Shown here: positions 1 through 13,827 of the stretch, in pieces
Layout of the letters: each line of letters opens with the position of its first letter
How positions within the stretch are numbered: position 1 is the first letter of the stretch
Source: Bugula neritina
Taxonomy: Eukaryota > Animalia > Bryozoa
Direction of reading: 5' to 3'
Assembly (NCBI GenBank): GCA_964035545.1
Contig: OZ037771.1
Location: 13,763,133-13,827,132 of the forward strand
DNA length: 64,000 bases
Program-made: the position numbers and the translations under genes
Notes under the pieces: generated by a model
The model's input: the letters and a program-made list of their open reading frames with translations, nothing else
Databases searched by the model: none
What the model was told of the DNA's origin: nothing

Positions 1-2
1 GT

Positions 3-401
3 AAATGCTTATACAAAGACGTAATATACCAAGCAACTGTAACAAGACATGACAATAATTCCAGCCATTCATACATAGGACTCTGTTCGACTACCTTCAA
101 AACCAGATTCAATAACCACAAAGCCTCTTTCCTACATGCAGATAAAGCTAACAGCACGCAACTCAGCAGACACATCTGGAATTTAAAAGACAACAAAACG
201 AAATTCAGCTTAAAATGGAATATTTTAAAGATTTGCAAATTATACTCAAACCTAACCAATAGATGTAATTTATGCAACTACGAGAAGTATATAATTTTAA
301 AACAACCGGAATTATCATCCCTCAACAAACGAAAAGAGCTTTCCACCACGTGTAGACATAAACGCAAATTTTTACTTGCGCACTTAACAGACGCTAGTTA
401 A
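3..401 (+). mobile_element. Penelope-like retroelement (PLE), C-terminal GIY-YIG endonuclease part of the ORF (5'-truncated by window edge)
   Basis: Stop-free frame 3..401 (missed by the ORF track, no ATG): KCLYKDVIYQATV..HSYIGLCSTTFKTRFNNHKASF..STQLSRHIWNLKD..LKWNILK..YSNLTNRCNLCNYEKYII..SLNKRKELSTTCRHKRKFLL. It shows the VIY/YIG motifs, catalytic R, CxxCxxE and LN motifs of PLE endonucleases. It is followed by a hammerhead motif and a (TA)n tract. Confidence 0.9.
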
Positions 402-470
402 AACATTCCAGCGTAGTAATACACTAACAATACTAATTTCAAAACAAAATCACTCAAGCGTACACACAAC

Positions 471-515
471 GACCTGATGATCGTAGCTCGCACTACGTGA
501 AACAATATTGTAGTC
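471..515 (+). ncRNA. Minimal type I hammerhead ribozyme in the PLE 3' region (pseudo-LTR)
   Basis: GAC(471-473) CTGATGA(474-480) T CGTAG-ctcgca-CTACG T GAAA(499-502) CAATATTG(palindromic stem III, 503-510) TA GTC(513-515). All core nucleotides are in the correct order. Predicted cleavage after A512 (GUA). Confidence 0.8.
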
Positions 516-626
516 AATAGAATGAAGATCTAAGTTTATTTTTATATCCAAAATTGTATTAGTACCAAATATAAATACTCTATTTTTCGAAATATTGAGT
601 TCTTTTGATTCATTTTTAATTATAGA

Positions 627-1448
<822 letters not shown>

Positions 1449-1457
1449 TCTACTCAC

Positions 1458-3380
1458 CACTCAACTTATAGATATTCTGGTCCATTCCAACATAGATTGC
1501 TCCACCCACATTCAGCAAAGCATATGGTTTATCAGGAAGCAAGCTACTCTCTGTACACGGATCTTCTCCTTTAAAGCAGACTGGACCAACTATCCTCTTC
1601 TTCATATCCATTAGCTTGAGTTTTCTATTATTATAGTCAGCAACCAGGTACAGATTGTCTGTCACTTCTTCAATATCATTAGGATGGTAAAATCTAGCAT
1701 TGTCAAACGAGCCAATCACATCAGTAAAACTTGTAGTTAAACCAGCCAATAGAGTGTTACTAACAGTTCCATTGCTAGACCAGCTCACTTGTGATATGTA
1801 ATGATACCAATTAGCTACTAGCAACTGTCTGCCAGCCCACAGAAATCCTGAAGGATGACTGAACCCGGTATTTATTACTGTACTCAGTTCTCCTGTTTTC
1901 ATATTAACAGACCTTATAGCATTATTATGCTCGTCAGTTACTAATAGCTTTCCTGGGTTCCTAACATCTATCTGTACTTCATATGGGTAATTCAACTGTC
2001 CCACCCCTACTCCTCCTTCTTTGTAGCCTCTGGTACCACATGATCCTGCCATAACTTTGATATTGTTATCTCCTCTAGTCAGTAATTTAATACAGTGACT
2101 ATTGCGGTCTACCAAAACAACATGAGTCGTATTGAGTTGTGTGAAACTTGTTACCCTAAATGACACAAGAGTTGAAGTTGTCTGCCCATCAGTGGTTAGT
2201 AGACCAGAGTCAGTACCGAGGAGGAGGCTTCCATCATTCTTGTATTTATCAAGTTCCATATGATAGGTGGCATAAGAAGTTGTAAGGAACAGCTCTGCTT
2301 TTTTGAAGGATATGCTGCAATAAACAAAATGAGAAATATATCTAGTGATATTTAAATCTATTAACTATAATAGTTGTATTTGCTGGTGCAATGAGTGAAT
2401 TAATAAACAATTAAGCTGTAGCAATTAGCAATAGGCACACAGCGGTATATACATAATATAGTTGCAAGATTATAGTAGTATAATATACAGCTGTAACATA
2501 ATAGTATAAATCTTGTAAAAGTACTGTATATAATAAAACGCAATATACATAAATTTACTGTCGGTTATAATACAACACTAGCTGGTGCATTGCAAACAAA
2601 TAATTATTGGATTATCATCAACAAAGTTCTATTTCATCAACTTATATATCTTGAAAGTCAGCAGCAGAGAGTTGTTAACCAAAACAATGCATGCTCTTCA
2701 TTTTGTACACTACTTGACATGCACAAAGTTTTGCTAGTTGTATATGCATTCTATAGTATTTTAATTTCTAAAATATAGACAGGGGTGTTGCGCAGTATTT
2801 ATAATAATCAAACAGTGATTTATTTTAATTCTTATAAACAGTGCTATAAATTATTAAATATGAACACTTCTAATGTGTAACTTCTTAGTGAATATTTTAT
2901 AGAAAACACAACATTTAATTAAACAATTACAAATTAATGGAAACTAATTATAGCTCTAATGCATCTATATATAATAATTCATAAAATAATTAGTAGCTCA
3001 ATTATACAACTATGTGTAAAGACAGCTCATATGTATATATCAACATAACCATGTAGTCTACACTTACCTTGTTTCATTATTCCTATCAGCAGTTGTCTGT
3101 CCACAGACTACCAGCAGAATCTAAAACATATATTATTATTATTATACTCACAATATGCAATGCTTGAAATTTCAAAATATAAGAAAAGTAAATAAGAAAA
3201 GTAAAGGAAAATATAGATAGTTATATATACAGCTATATACCACCAGTATATATATAGATACTTACAGCTATGTACCACCAGTACATCTTTTCTGTGTAAC
3301 GTCCACCTAAAGTGAATGTTTTCCACAAATGAAGTCTATCTAGCAAAGTTACAAACTTTATTTCAACTCACTAGCAGCAT
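1458..3380 (-). CDS. Secreted NHL-repeat / beta-propeller protein (3' end probably continues past the left edge)
   Basis: Proposed exons 3380-3372 (MLL), 3120-3068 ([17 protein letters not shown]) and 2314-1458, with phase-compatible GT-AG sites. The N-terminus looks like a signal peptide. The large exon has NHL-type motifs ([66 protein letters not shown]). A GTGAGT donor at 1457-1452 suggests splicing rather than use of the stop at 1450. Confidence 0.8.
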
Positions 3381-5151
3381 ATGTTAGTTCCCATCAGAAA
3401 GATGTGTTGAACATAACACAGGCGTAGTCTATTCATATATACAGCCATATAATGCATGCAAGGCAAACATTGCCTACATTACCAGTATAATATATAAATA
3501 GAATATATAATTGAAATGTCTTACATAATGGAATATCGTTCTCAGGAGTTGTCTCTTTTTCTAAATAACTTTTGAAACAAGTGTGGATACATTTTAGCAC
3601 TTGGGCTTGAGACAAAAGTATTGAAATCTTCTATAATAAAAAAGTGATTATGTTTTACTTGCACTTCTTATTCCTTTTTGCTCTTTGATTAGTAAACCCA
3701 AATTAATAATGCACTTTTACAATAATATGGTTTTGGGGAAGCCATAATTATGCTAATAATATTTATTTTACCAGTTCTGGTTTCAGCAGTGTACTATGTC
3801 CCACTGCCTATAAATAACAGTTTCACTAATTTGTTATTCTCATCAAAATCCCCGGCTTATAAATAAGTTTTTCTCACCAGTCAAATTTTATTCATGATTC
3901 CGAATACAACTTTATATATAACATGCTTAAGCTTTTTGTAGCTTATTGTCTCAGTGATTGATTTGAAAACAAGTCTCACACAGCTAAACTAATTTCTTAT
4001 AGTTATAGGTATAGTTTTATATATTACAAGTAAATGCAATTCTTTATAACTGAAATGTGTGTTTATAGAACAGAATCATTACAATAAGATACCTTATTGC
4101 ATGGCTTAACAATATCTTTATGTCATTTTGCAATGACAAGCAAAAACTAAGCTACAGTTAGAGCAAATAATCTACAGATAATCTCTGTGTTTTACTGCTA
4201 TATAATGCTAATATAATATGTAGTTTAATATTAAAAGACAGGAGACTGTAATATGTTGCAGCTGTCTGCATAATTCCATTAAATTATAGTTTGCAGTTCT
4301 TTATAGTTCATCCATACAACACATACATAGCATAGCTTTACCAGTGTTTTAAAAGTATTTTTGGGTCAATTTTATATAACTAAGGCTATTTAAATTGTTT
4401 TAAATACACCATCATACAGTCATAAACTTAACTAATATATAATTGACTGCTCAACTTATTAAAACAACCAATACAATTTGTCGTAACAAACACTATTGGT
4501 GTAATACGCTGCCATGCAGCTAGCTGATTCCCAACTCATATATAGACCTACCTTCAGTAGTAATTAATATAATGTGACATTCCTCTGGTATCTCTATAAT
4601 ATTATAATAGAATACAATACAGCCCATTCACTATACATACGATGTATATTATAATATAGTTTACGCTATATAATCATATAATATATATGATGTATATATA
4701 TTTTTAAACAGCTTATAGGGTTATATCAAACAAGTCTGCCTAAAATATGGTGGCAATAAAATAAATGCAAATAATAATAAACAATATTTAAAATGATTTA
4801 ATCAACACTGATAATCTGCTGTAATTACAGCACTTATTGCAATTATCATATATGCTATTTGCGTTTCTAACCACAGCTACAATCATGCATACTATAGCTT
4901 AAGCTATATAAATTATAGCAATACAAATTTCAAGTATGAAGCCAAGCTAATATAGTTAGTTTAAATTTAGCATATATCATGTTGCACATGAGAAACTGAG
5001 GCTATACATGCAGCAAAAAGAAATTTTTGTGAAATTTTTTTAGCTATATGAATTGCTGTGGTATGTGATATCCACCTGTAACTTTGTAAAAACTCTGCCA
5101 CTAATATTTATAGCATATGAATGTGACCTCATATTGTGAACATATATATAC

Positions 5152-5312
5152 TCATCATCCCTGCAAGAACCCCTGTCTAAAGGGGTTTCTTTTCAATTAT
5201 TATGACTGACTGTGAATGTCTCTCTTAACAGGATCAGCAACTTAGTCTTCAGCTGCAAGAGGTCAAACCTCTGACCTTACATTCACTAAGCCAATGCTTT
5301 TATAACCACTAT
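5152..5312 (-). mobile_element. Diverged copy of tRNA-derived SINE family B
   Basis: Minus strand reads TAGTGGTTA..AGCATTGGCTTAGTGAA..GGTCAGAGGTTTGACC..CAGTCATAA..GGGTTCTTGCAGGGATGATGA, collinear with the copies at 35803 and 41452. Confidence 0.5.
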
Positions 5313-7965
5313 AAATCTAAGCTCTCCCTATATATCATATTTCTAAAAAGTTAAAGTTTTTACCATATGCAGTATTCTTTATAAATAAACATAATTTCCT
5401 TACCAAATTGAAGTGTCGAAATTAGAAGAAACATCTTAAACATTGTTGCATTGTTTGTTGTGTGCTACATATTGATCAAACAGTTACATTTTTAGACTAA
5501 TTTTTTAGTATTTGCTAGAATTCAGCCATTTTTATATCAATTGTATAACTTTAGCAATTAGTTTCATATGATCACATTTATATACGTCTGCTACTTATTA
5601 TTTTGTACATCTGTTTATCTATCAAATATTTAGAATTGTTTGTTATAATTTGAATATAAATAAACCAAAAAGTTGGCTTCCAGTTTAAATGGATTTAATA
5701 TGCAGATAAACATCTCATAAATAAACCGCACAGGTTTCTTTTAATCCTTCTAAATTACTAAAGTTTCTGATTATATACCTATGAATCAAATAAAACGAAA
5801 ATATTCAGCAGTTAAACTGATTCACATCCTACGATGCTTTAAAAAACAAATAGATTAATAATATATGCAAGTCATGCTTGTAATTGTAGGATTATAGGAT
5901 TTAGTGATACATACATCCTTGCCAAAGGTTGGTATCTTCTATGGCAGCTGTTGATAAGTTCTTGGTAGAAGAATAGCTTTGTTGAAGTACATTAAACTGC
6001 CATTAACATACTATAAAATATAAAAAAGCAGAATACAATTTTCAGAATATACAATATTATAAGTAGCTATTATAATAGTAACTTGCAGTATACGACAAAA
6101 CGCTCAGTTGATGTACAAAAAGTTGGTGGCTGCTTAACCTACATATATAAACTTGTATTGTTTAAACTGCTGCAAAATGTCGTCTTATTATTTTGTTATA
6201 ATGATTTAGGTAATATATATATAAGCAAAGCGATGCGCTAAAGAAAGTTTACAGCTTGGAATTTGAAATTGGCTGCAATTTGTAGGAATTTTATGAAAAA
6301 ATGCTTAACTGTCAGTGTTGTGTCATGGTGTAACTTGCTGATTTTTCTTTAGGGAATTTTTATTTTTTAAGCTTTCAGAGTTTTAGTTTTCCAACTATTG
6401 CAGCAGTATGAACGCCATTTAGGCTACACAGCAAAACTGAGCATAATAGAGATTTAAGTTCTCCTATACAAGCCAATAATAATATAATTTCTTAACACAG
6501 CAGAATTATTATTTGATTTATCTGCCATACTACAGCATATTTCAAAAACAACATTTTTTTATTACAACTCTATAATAGCTTAACTTATATGTTAATAGTT
6601 TTCGTCAAACTATATATGCATAGCTTCATAATATAAATCATGCAAATAAATATTTCTTTAGAGGTAAATTTGGTAAATTTAGCTAATTTTTGCCGGTAAA
6701 CAAGATATTATTCTAGTAAAATTGATTAAATAAAGCTAGTATACCTTACTAAATTACAATAGAAAACTTGGCTTATATTAGTGGCTACAGGTAAGGGAGA
6801 ATTAGAATACATTACTGCTTAATCAACAGACTACAATTGGCAGAATTCGCATGTATCTATTATAGGAGTAAAAGTGTTGTAACCATACCAGTGGTATTAT
6901 TATAGCTATAGTAAATTTTTGCTTCTGTTGACAAGGCATTGCTCCTGACAGCTATAATAATAACTGTAACACCTACAGAAATTTACCCGGACCTGAGTTT
7001 TAGAAGCAATTGCGTTGTTTTAAAGAGCAAAAACTTGAGCCTATATAATGTTTTATCTTCAACTTATTCTGAAAAAAGATCATCTTAGCGTTCTATTTGT
7101 TATTTCTCTATGTTTTATATATACCTATATTTATATATTTTTGTACTATAAATTTAAAATTACAATATAAACTTATGGTTTAAGCAAATTCTTCAATCCA
7201 TGCAGTGACAAAGCTGCTTGAGAACGATATTATATAGTCACTGTGAAGCAAGGTGCTTGGCAGGTGCTCTGGTAAACAGACCCTACTATATACTAATTTC
7301 TGAAAGGCCTCAGCTCTGCAAGAAGCCTCAAACTTTGTAAACAAAGCATCATCTTAACTCTGTTTCCTAGCAACAGAATGATTGCTGGTAACTCATCCTT
7401 TCAGCTGCAAACTCATTGCTCATTGCCAAACACAGTAAGTTATTATAGCCCCTGGCTATCTTTGTTTACTTATGAGAACACATTTTCTAACTTTTTAATG
7501 ACGTGTACTTAATAGTATAACTTTGTGCAATGCACTGAAATTTGGCAGAGTTGCTGATATAGAAGGAATGTTTACATTTTTAGTCAACATCTGTGAATCT
7601 ATCCTAAAGTTCCACTATATTAGGTCTTCATTCAAAAACATATCCTTAATGTTTGAACGCAAGTTTGTTTGCTAAAATCATAAAATCATAATTAATAAAC
7701 GCTTGAATTAACACGCAGTTTATTGCAGATTAAAAACAAATTTTATTAAACCCTGCACGTTAATTTTGATGGTTATTATTTACATATTTGCAGTACTTAT
7801 TGAGCAATCCTTATAACTGAATGATTTAATTAAAAGTGACAGCCATGCAATAACTTAATCTTAGTTTCCTGCGCAGCTTCTACATTACTCATCTATTAAA
7901 GTAATCATGACTAATGAGTCTCTTAAGCCAAACAATCTCAATGTCCTGAATAATACCTAAACTCA

Positions 7966-8044
7966 TATGGTAGGCCATTGAAGTCTATGCTAACTTTTGT
8001 GATAGGCCATTGAAAAATATGCTAACTGATATGGTAAGCCCTTG

Positions 8045-8140
<96 letters not shown>

Positions 8141-8311
8141 ATATATATCTATATATATCTATATGATAACTTGTGTGGTAAGCCCTTGAAATATATGCTA
8201 ACTGGTATGGTAAGCCCTTGCAATATATGCTAACTTGTGTGGTAAGCCCTTGAAATATATGCTAACTGGTATGGCAGGCCATTGAACTATGTGCTAACTT
8301 TTGTGGTAGGT
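7966..8311. repeat. About 32-bp minisatellite (TGGTAAGCCCTTGAAATATATGCTAACT..) with a (TA)n expansion inside one unit
   Basis: About 7 recognisable units. The (TA)n at 8047-8164 replaces the ATATAT of one unit. Confidence 0.9.
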
Positions 8312-9277
8312 TATGATTGTCATTGATGACTCATAGGATGTGGAATGATTATTTAAGCTGCAATATGCTTTCTCACCACTTTATGCAACTTTATTTTCTG
8401 TGAACCAAACAGTTTACAAAGTAACAAGTAGTTTAAGTAAATGCCACGGTATTATCTAACGGCATGAGTAACACAGGCTGAAAGAAATGTTTGCTGTTAT
8501 TGTAAACTTTTGTACACTTCCATGGTTTACATACATGTACTAAAATTGTATCAAGTAAAAGCAAATATACATTTAGTAAAATATGATGTAAATGTTAAAG
8601 AATGAAACATTTTTATATTGCAACAAGATCTAATACATAGTGTAAATAATTTCGATTGCGAAACACCCACATGATTGAGGATGCAAACAAGCTCAATATC
8701 AACGTTTAAATCTCACATCCTCTCTGGCATTAATAAATTTAGTAATAATAATATTATATGCCATGTCAGCTTCAAGGCACTTGCACAAAGGTGTCAAAAA
8801 GTTCTGGTTATTCTTTTGTTAAAAGCTAATCTAGGATAACCTTGACTGCACTAAACTAAAAACCAATGTTGTAACACCATGCAAGCATTTATATGCACAA
8901 TCTTATGAAATATAAGTAGTAGTTGGAGTGCCAAAAGACAACTTGGAAAGTTTTCTTATATTTTTGTTGTACGAATGCAAAACAAACTAATTTAAAATAT
9001 ATCTATTTCTGCTCACAAACATGCTTAGCACAAAAAATAATTTTTCTTATATTTCCAGTAGTTTAGCTGTAATAATATTTATTTTTGTTTTTTTTTTATT
9101 TATTTTCAGATTTTTAGATGCCTGAATTTTTCCAAACCTTACATCATGTATAACTAAATGGCTATATAGATTATAATAAACTAACAAGAGTTTGGTTTTA
9201 CACTACATTCTAAATATATCTTGCCGATATACCAGGGGTTATATAGGGTTATGCAAATGCTGCCTCAATATGTATTC

Positions 9278-9650
9278 ATAGCATGTGCTTATACTCTAGC
9301 TGTTAGCATGTGCTCACATACTTTGTTATAGCATGTGCTTATACTCTGTTAGCATATGCTTATACTCTGTTAGCATGTGCTTATACTCTGTATAGCATGT
9401 GCTTATACTCTGTATATAGCATATGCTTATACTCTGTTAGAATGTGCTTATATACTCTGTTAGCATATGCTTATACTCTGTTAGCATATGCTTATACTTT
9501 GTTAGCATGTGCTCATACTCTGTATAGCATGTGCTTATACTCTGTTAGCATATGCTTATACTCTGTATAACATGTGCTTATACTCTGTTAGCATATGCTT
9601 ATACTCTGTTAGCATATGCTTATACTCTTTTAGCATGTGCTTATACTTTA
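9278..9650. repeat. 21-bp minisatellite (TAGCATGTGCTTATACTCTGT)n
   Basis: About 17 tandem units with 1-2 nt length variants. Confidence 0.95.
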
Positions 9651-11774
9651 TCATAAAGCTAAACCTTTTGCTTTTGTAAATGCTATTTCTATGTTAAGCT
9701 GATGTTTCTAATTATTAGTTTGAGGTTTAGGTTTAGGTTTAGAACAAAAGCAGCCATTTTGCTTTTCGGTTTGCAGTTTCTCAGTCTATAGAACAGTTTT
9801 GAACATAGTTTTCATGTTGCTGTACTGTTGTCTGATTATAGTAGCTAATATATAGTTAACACATCCAGGACAGCAGTTCTAGTCATTTGGGGAACGTTGT
9901 GTATTTGGTGAAGGTCAGTTGGTCTTGTAAATATCATGTAGGAGATGGTGAACTGAAATTGAGACATAGCTGGTCTGATGGTAATGCCACCTCCACTCTA
10001 TAATACTTTACATGCCATTCAAAGAATGATTAATTGAAAACAGGCCCTGAATTAGCGCTGACAAATATCAAAATGCAAAGTCATTAAATCTGCTTTATTT
10101 GCCAAGCCATTAACCATGCATATAATCAAAATAGCTGTTGCCTCTACAGCATTTAAAACCCTATCTTTGATCTGTTAGAACTTTTGGCAAAAACTTTTAG
10201 GCTGTTAAACGAAATATTAGCAAAATAAATAAACTTGATAGAGATTCTTGCCAACTTGCAAAGAGTAGTGGGCATTAAGTCTCCTACGCACTTGATAGCT
10301 ATTAGTTAGGTAATTAAACTTTGCAGTATTAACTAAATAAATAAGACTGACTCATACAGATCCTGGAACTGATAGCATATCTTCCATGTTTGACTGAGTC
10401 TCACATCTGACCGAACAGCAAAAACAACCTCTCAAGCATGAAACCTCACTAATTAGAATGAAGAAACAAATCATCCTCAAACACCCACGTTAAGCTAGAT
10501 TATCATTCATTAGAAGCATGTAAGACCATAATATGCAGAAGCAGGCAAAATAGACCGAGAATTAAGGTGCATGATCACTTAACGTTATCTACTCACTAGC
10601 TTTATGTCAATTTATAAGACGGGGTAGTTTTAACATTTGCAAAAGTTTGCGGGTAACTGAAAAGAAAATTATCTACAATGTATAATTTGTTTAAACTTTT
10701 TCAAAATCTCCAGCTTGCAATCTAACATCATCAGTATACTTGTTTGGCTTCCTTTAAACATTTGTTGTATTATTAGTAGCTTGTTTAGTAATATATACAT
10801 GTATATACTTATCTTTTAACCTCATTTGAAGGTCATTGTAGTGGTTGCTCATAGCCACAATCTGTGTGAGAATACCTCAAATTTCGAAAGTTTTTAAGGT
10901 GAAATTTCGACTAATTTAAATTATACTTTGGGTTTACAGAGCTGACCAGAGCAAATATTCTCTCTGCCATTAACCTGTGGTTCAATTATATACCACCAGT
11001 TTATCTCAGCATATATGTAAATCATGAAAGATTGGTGTCTCTAACTACTGGAATATATATCTCTCTTCTATAACTACTCTATACTCTATACGTATTACTA
11101 TACACATAATGATATAGATATCTGCATATTAGTGTAGACATTAGTAATCTATTATCCAATTAAATTAATTATTATTTACTGGAGAATAATATTTTTTAAT
11201 TTCATAGCAAAAAATAGATTTATTATGGGATTAAGTGCAAAATTTACCACACGACATCAAACGAAATATGAAAACTTAATCCTACGACACAGGTGCTTAT
11301 AGATGTCACGTTTTGTAGCATGAACTGTTGATCTTTTGGAAGAATATATAACCATGCTTTAGTATCCTGGCAACAACTGCAAATACACATTAAAGTAAAT
11401 TGCCTGACATGAGAAATGTTTAACGAAATAGTTATAGCTCATTTAAATACAATCATCTACAGATGAAAAAGAACTATAGCATCTGCAATCTTAAAATGGA
11501 AAACATTAAAAATAAGAACTATGCTATTTCTCCATCTTATTACTTTATGTATGTGCGCTTATATAATTATTGTTAAGTAATATTTTATGTTAAAATTGTA
11601 AAATCAAGGATTTTAGTCTTGGTGATCAAATTTATTTTATTTTAGTTGCATATAACATAGGATTATGGTGCAAAGTTTGAGGTAAAAAGACTTTGTGATG
11701 AAAGATAACTTAGAGAACAATATGCATTAGAACTATACACCAAGGAAAAGACAAAACAACATCAAACAACAGTG

Positions 11775-12412
11775 AATAAGGTCAAGGTATGCATGCAAGT
11801 CAAGTTACATAAGCTGTTTGTGTCATATTAATTTATATAGGTCAAGTTATGTAAATCAAGTTATATATGTCTAGATATATAGGTCAAGTTATGTAAAGCA
11901 AATTATATATGTCTAGATATATAGGTCAGGTTATATGCAGATCAAGTTACATAAAGCAAGTTGTACAGGCCAATATTCATAGGTAAAGTTATGTAGGTAA
12001 AGCTATGTGAGGTAAGTTAGTTAAGTCAAGCTTTGTTAGTCAAGATATTTAGGGCAGTTCATGTGCATCAGCCGTGTTAGTTAAGCTTTGTTAGTCAAAT
12101 TATGTACATAAAGTTATGTGAGGTACATCATTCAGGTCAACCTGTGTTAGTCAAGTTATGTAGATTAAAATTTATAGGTCAAGTTGTAAAGGTCAAGTTA
12201 TGTAGAAAAAATTACATAAGGTAAGTTATTTAGGTCAAGCTTTGTTAGTCAAATTATGTACATAAAGTTATGTAAGGTACATCATTTAGGTCAAGCTGTG
12301 TTAGTCAAGTTATGTAGATCAAGTTATATAGGTCAAGTTGTAAAGGTCAAGTTATGTAGATAAAGTTACATAAGGTAAGTTATTTAGGTCAAGCTTTGTT
12401 AGTCAAATTATG
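11775..12412. repeat. Degenerate 14-bp repeat (TAGGTCAAGTTATG)n upstream of peroxidase copy 1
   Basis: Repeated AGGTCAAGTTATGT units. A shorter homologous array lies at 22802-23046 upstream of copy 2. Confidence 0.85.
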
Positions 12413-12628
12413 GAAATTATGCAAAACAAGCTAAAGAAATTGGAAATTTTCAATCTTATAATTTTATAAAGAATTAAGACAGCTTATATAAGAGGTATGA
12501 AAATAGCTTATAATAATAAAACTTGGCAAGCTTTAATGCTATAATCTTAGTTGTACTAAAAGCAAATTGCATTAGAGCAGATGTGCATATAAAATAGGTA
12601 AATGATACAGGGTTGAGCTAACTCAGCA

Positions 12629-12702
12629 GTCCCTGTGGTGTAATTGGTTAGCGCCTCTGCTTGCAAGCCTTAGTTCTGTGATTTGAATCCCGGTGGGGGG
12701 GG
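12629..12702 (+). mobile_element. tRNA-derived SINE / pseudo-tRNA, family A
   Basis: GTCCCTGTGGTGTAATTGGTTAGCGC (A box, tRNA-Gln-like 5' end) ... GATTTGAATCCCGGTGGGGGG (degenerate B box). The anticodon arm does not pair. Confidence 0.65.
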
Positions 12703-13645
12703 TAATGAATACTTGTAGACTCTACAGAAGTAGATGATTCCGTGTGCAAAACCTGTATTGTACTAAATGACTTTGGGAAGAAATTTAAAAAATTATAGAT
12801 TTTTATGAAGTCACAAAAATTTATAAAAAGTTATTGCAAGATACGAAAGCTCAAAAAGTTTTGAAAGGTTCCTGAGGTGTCATGACTCTAATAATTTCAC
12901 TTCTGCCAGAAACGTTTTAGTGGCGGTTGCCAGACATACATTTTAGTTCTTTGAGAAAGTTGTAGCATCATTCTAATAAAGAATTCTTATTCTCCTATAT
13001 ATAGAAATAAGCAAAAGCAAGGCAAGTGACTGAATTTTCTTCTGCAAAGAATATAATGTACATATATAAATAAATATGGCAATTTAGAGCAAGCCGGCTA
13101 TAATATAGAAAGATGAATGCATCAATGAACATGCTGTTACACAGTTTAATATTACAGTGAGCTATCAGAATTAACTCATGTGTGATAATAGAAGCAGTCA
13201 ACTGTGTACCCTGGCAATCTCAACTTTCAATCTGTTCATTACACACAGTGATATCACACTTTATAGCTTGCTGAACTCTCTCTGTATGCTAACTGACACA
13301 TGCAAAGACTCAAATAGTTATAATCCGATACCAATGCTACTAAATGATAGCCTTTTCCAGCAGCAAATGGATCCAATATGGCATCTAATTTTATTTTTGC
13401 TGATTTCATCTAATAAGGTATTTGAAATTTCTTTTTGCTGCATCACCCAGTTTTCATTCTATAAATAACTGCATCTTACGCCCATAGTTGCCAGACTTTT
13501 TTCCAGTACCTATTATAGTTATGGCATTTAATTCTTTTTAAATCAGCGTTCTGTTTTACTTTTACAGATTAGAATTTAATGTAAGAGTTAAGATGCAAAC
13601 TGCATATACTAATTCCTAAGGGCTCAGAGAAATTACAAAACTTTT

Positions 13646-13753
13646 GCCCCCCCACTGGGATTCGAACCCAAGACCTCCAGTTTGCAACAGACGAAAAAAC
13701 TGGAGGTTCTTGCTGGGTCGATCATTACACCAAAAAGACTACCGGGTAAACCC
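13646..13753 (-). mobile_element. tRNA-derived SINE, family A, with an internal inverted duplication
   Basis: Minus strand: GGTTTACCCGGTAGTC..TGGTGTAATGA ... GGAGGTCTTGGGTTCGAATCCCAGTGGGGGG (good B box). Confidence 0.65.
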
Positions 13754-13827
13754 TGCGATTAGGTATAGCAGAAATGATTCACTCAGGCAAACAATTCTTC
13801 TGCAAGCTGTTTGTGTGTTTTTACTTT

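Noticed and set aside
5915-6010. Minus-strand block with good acceptor and donor upstream of the NHL gene
   Set aside because: Stops in all three frames. It could be a 5' UTR exon but cannot be supported without transcripts.
7180-8950. Faint resemblance to decayed Tigger/pogo (7180-7400, minus) and hAT (8660-8900, plus) transposases
   Set aside because: Only a few scattered residues match by eye. Not supportable without a profile search.
11240-11520. Conserved block (also 22225-22510) as a hidden minus-strand coding exon
   Set aside because: The second copy has a 2-nt indel and lacks the acceptor AG. Similarity is explained by the duplication.
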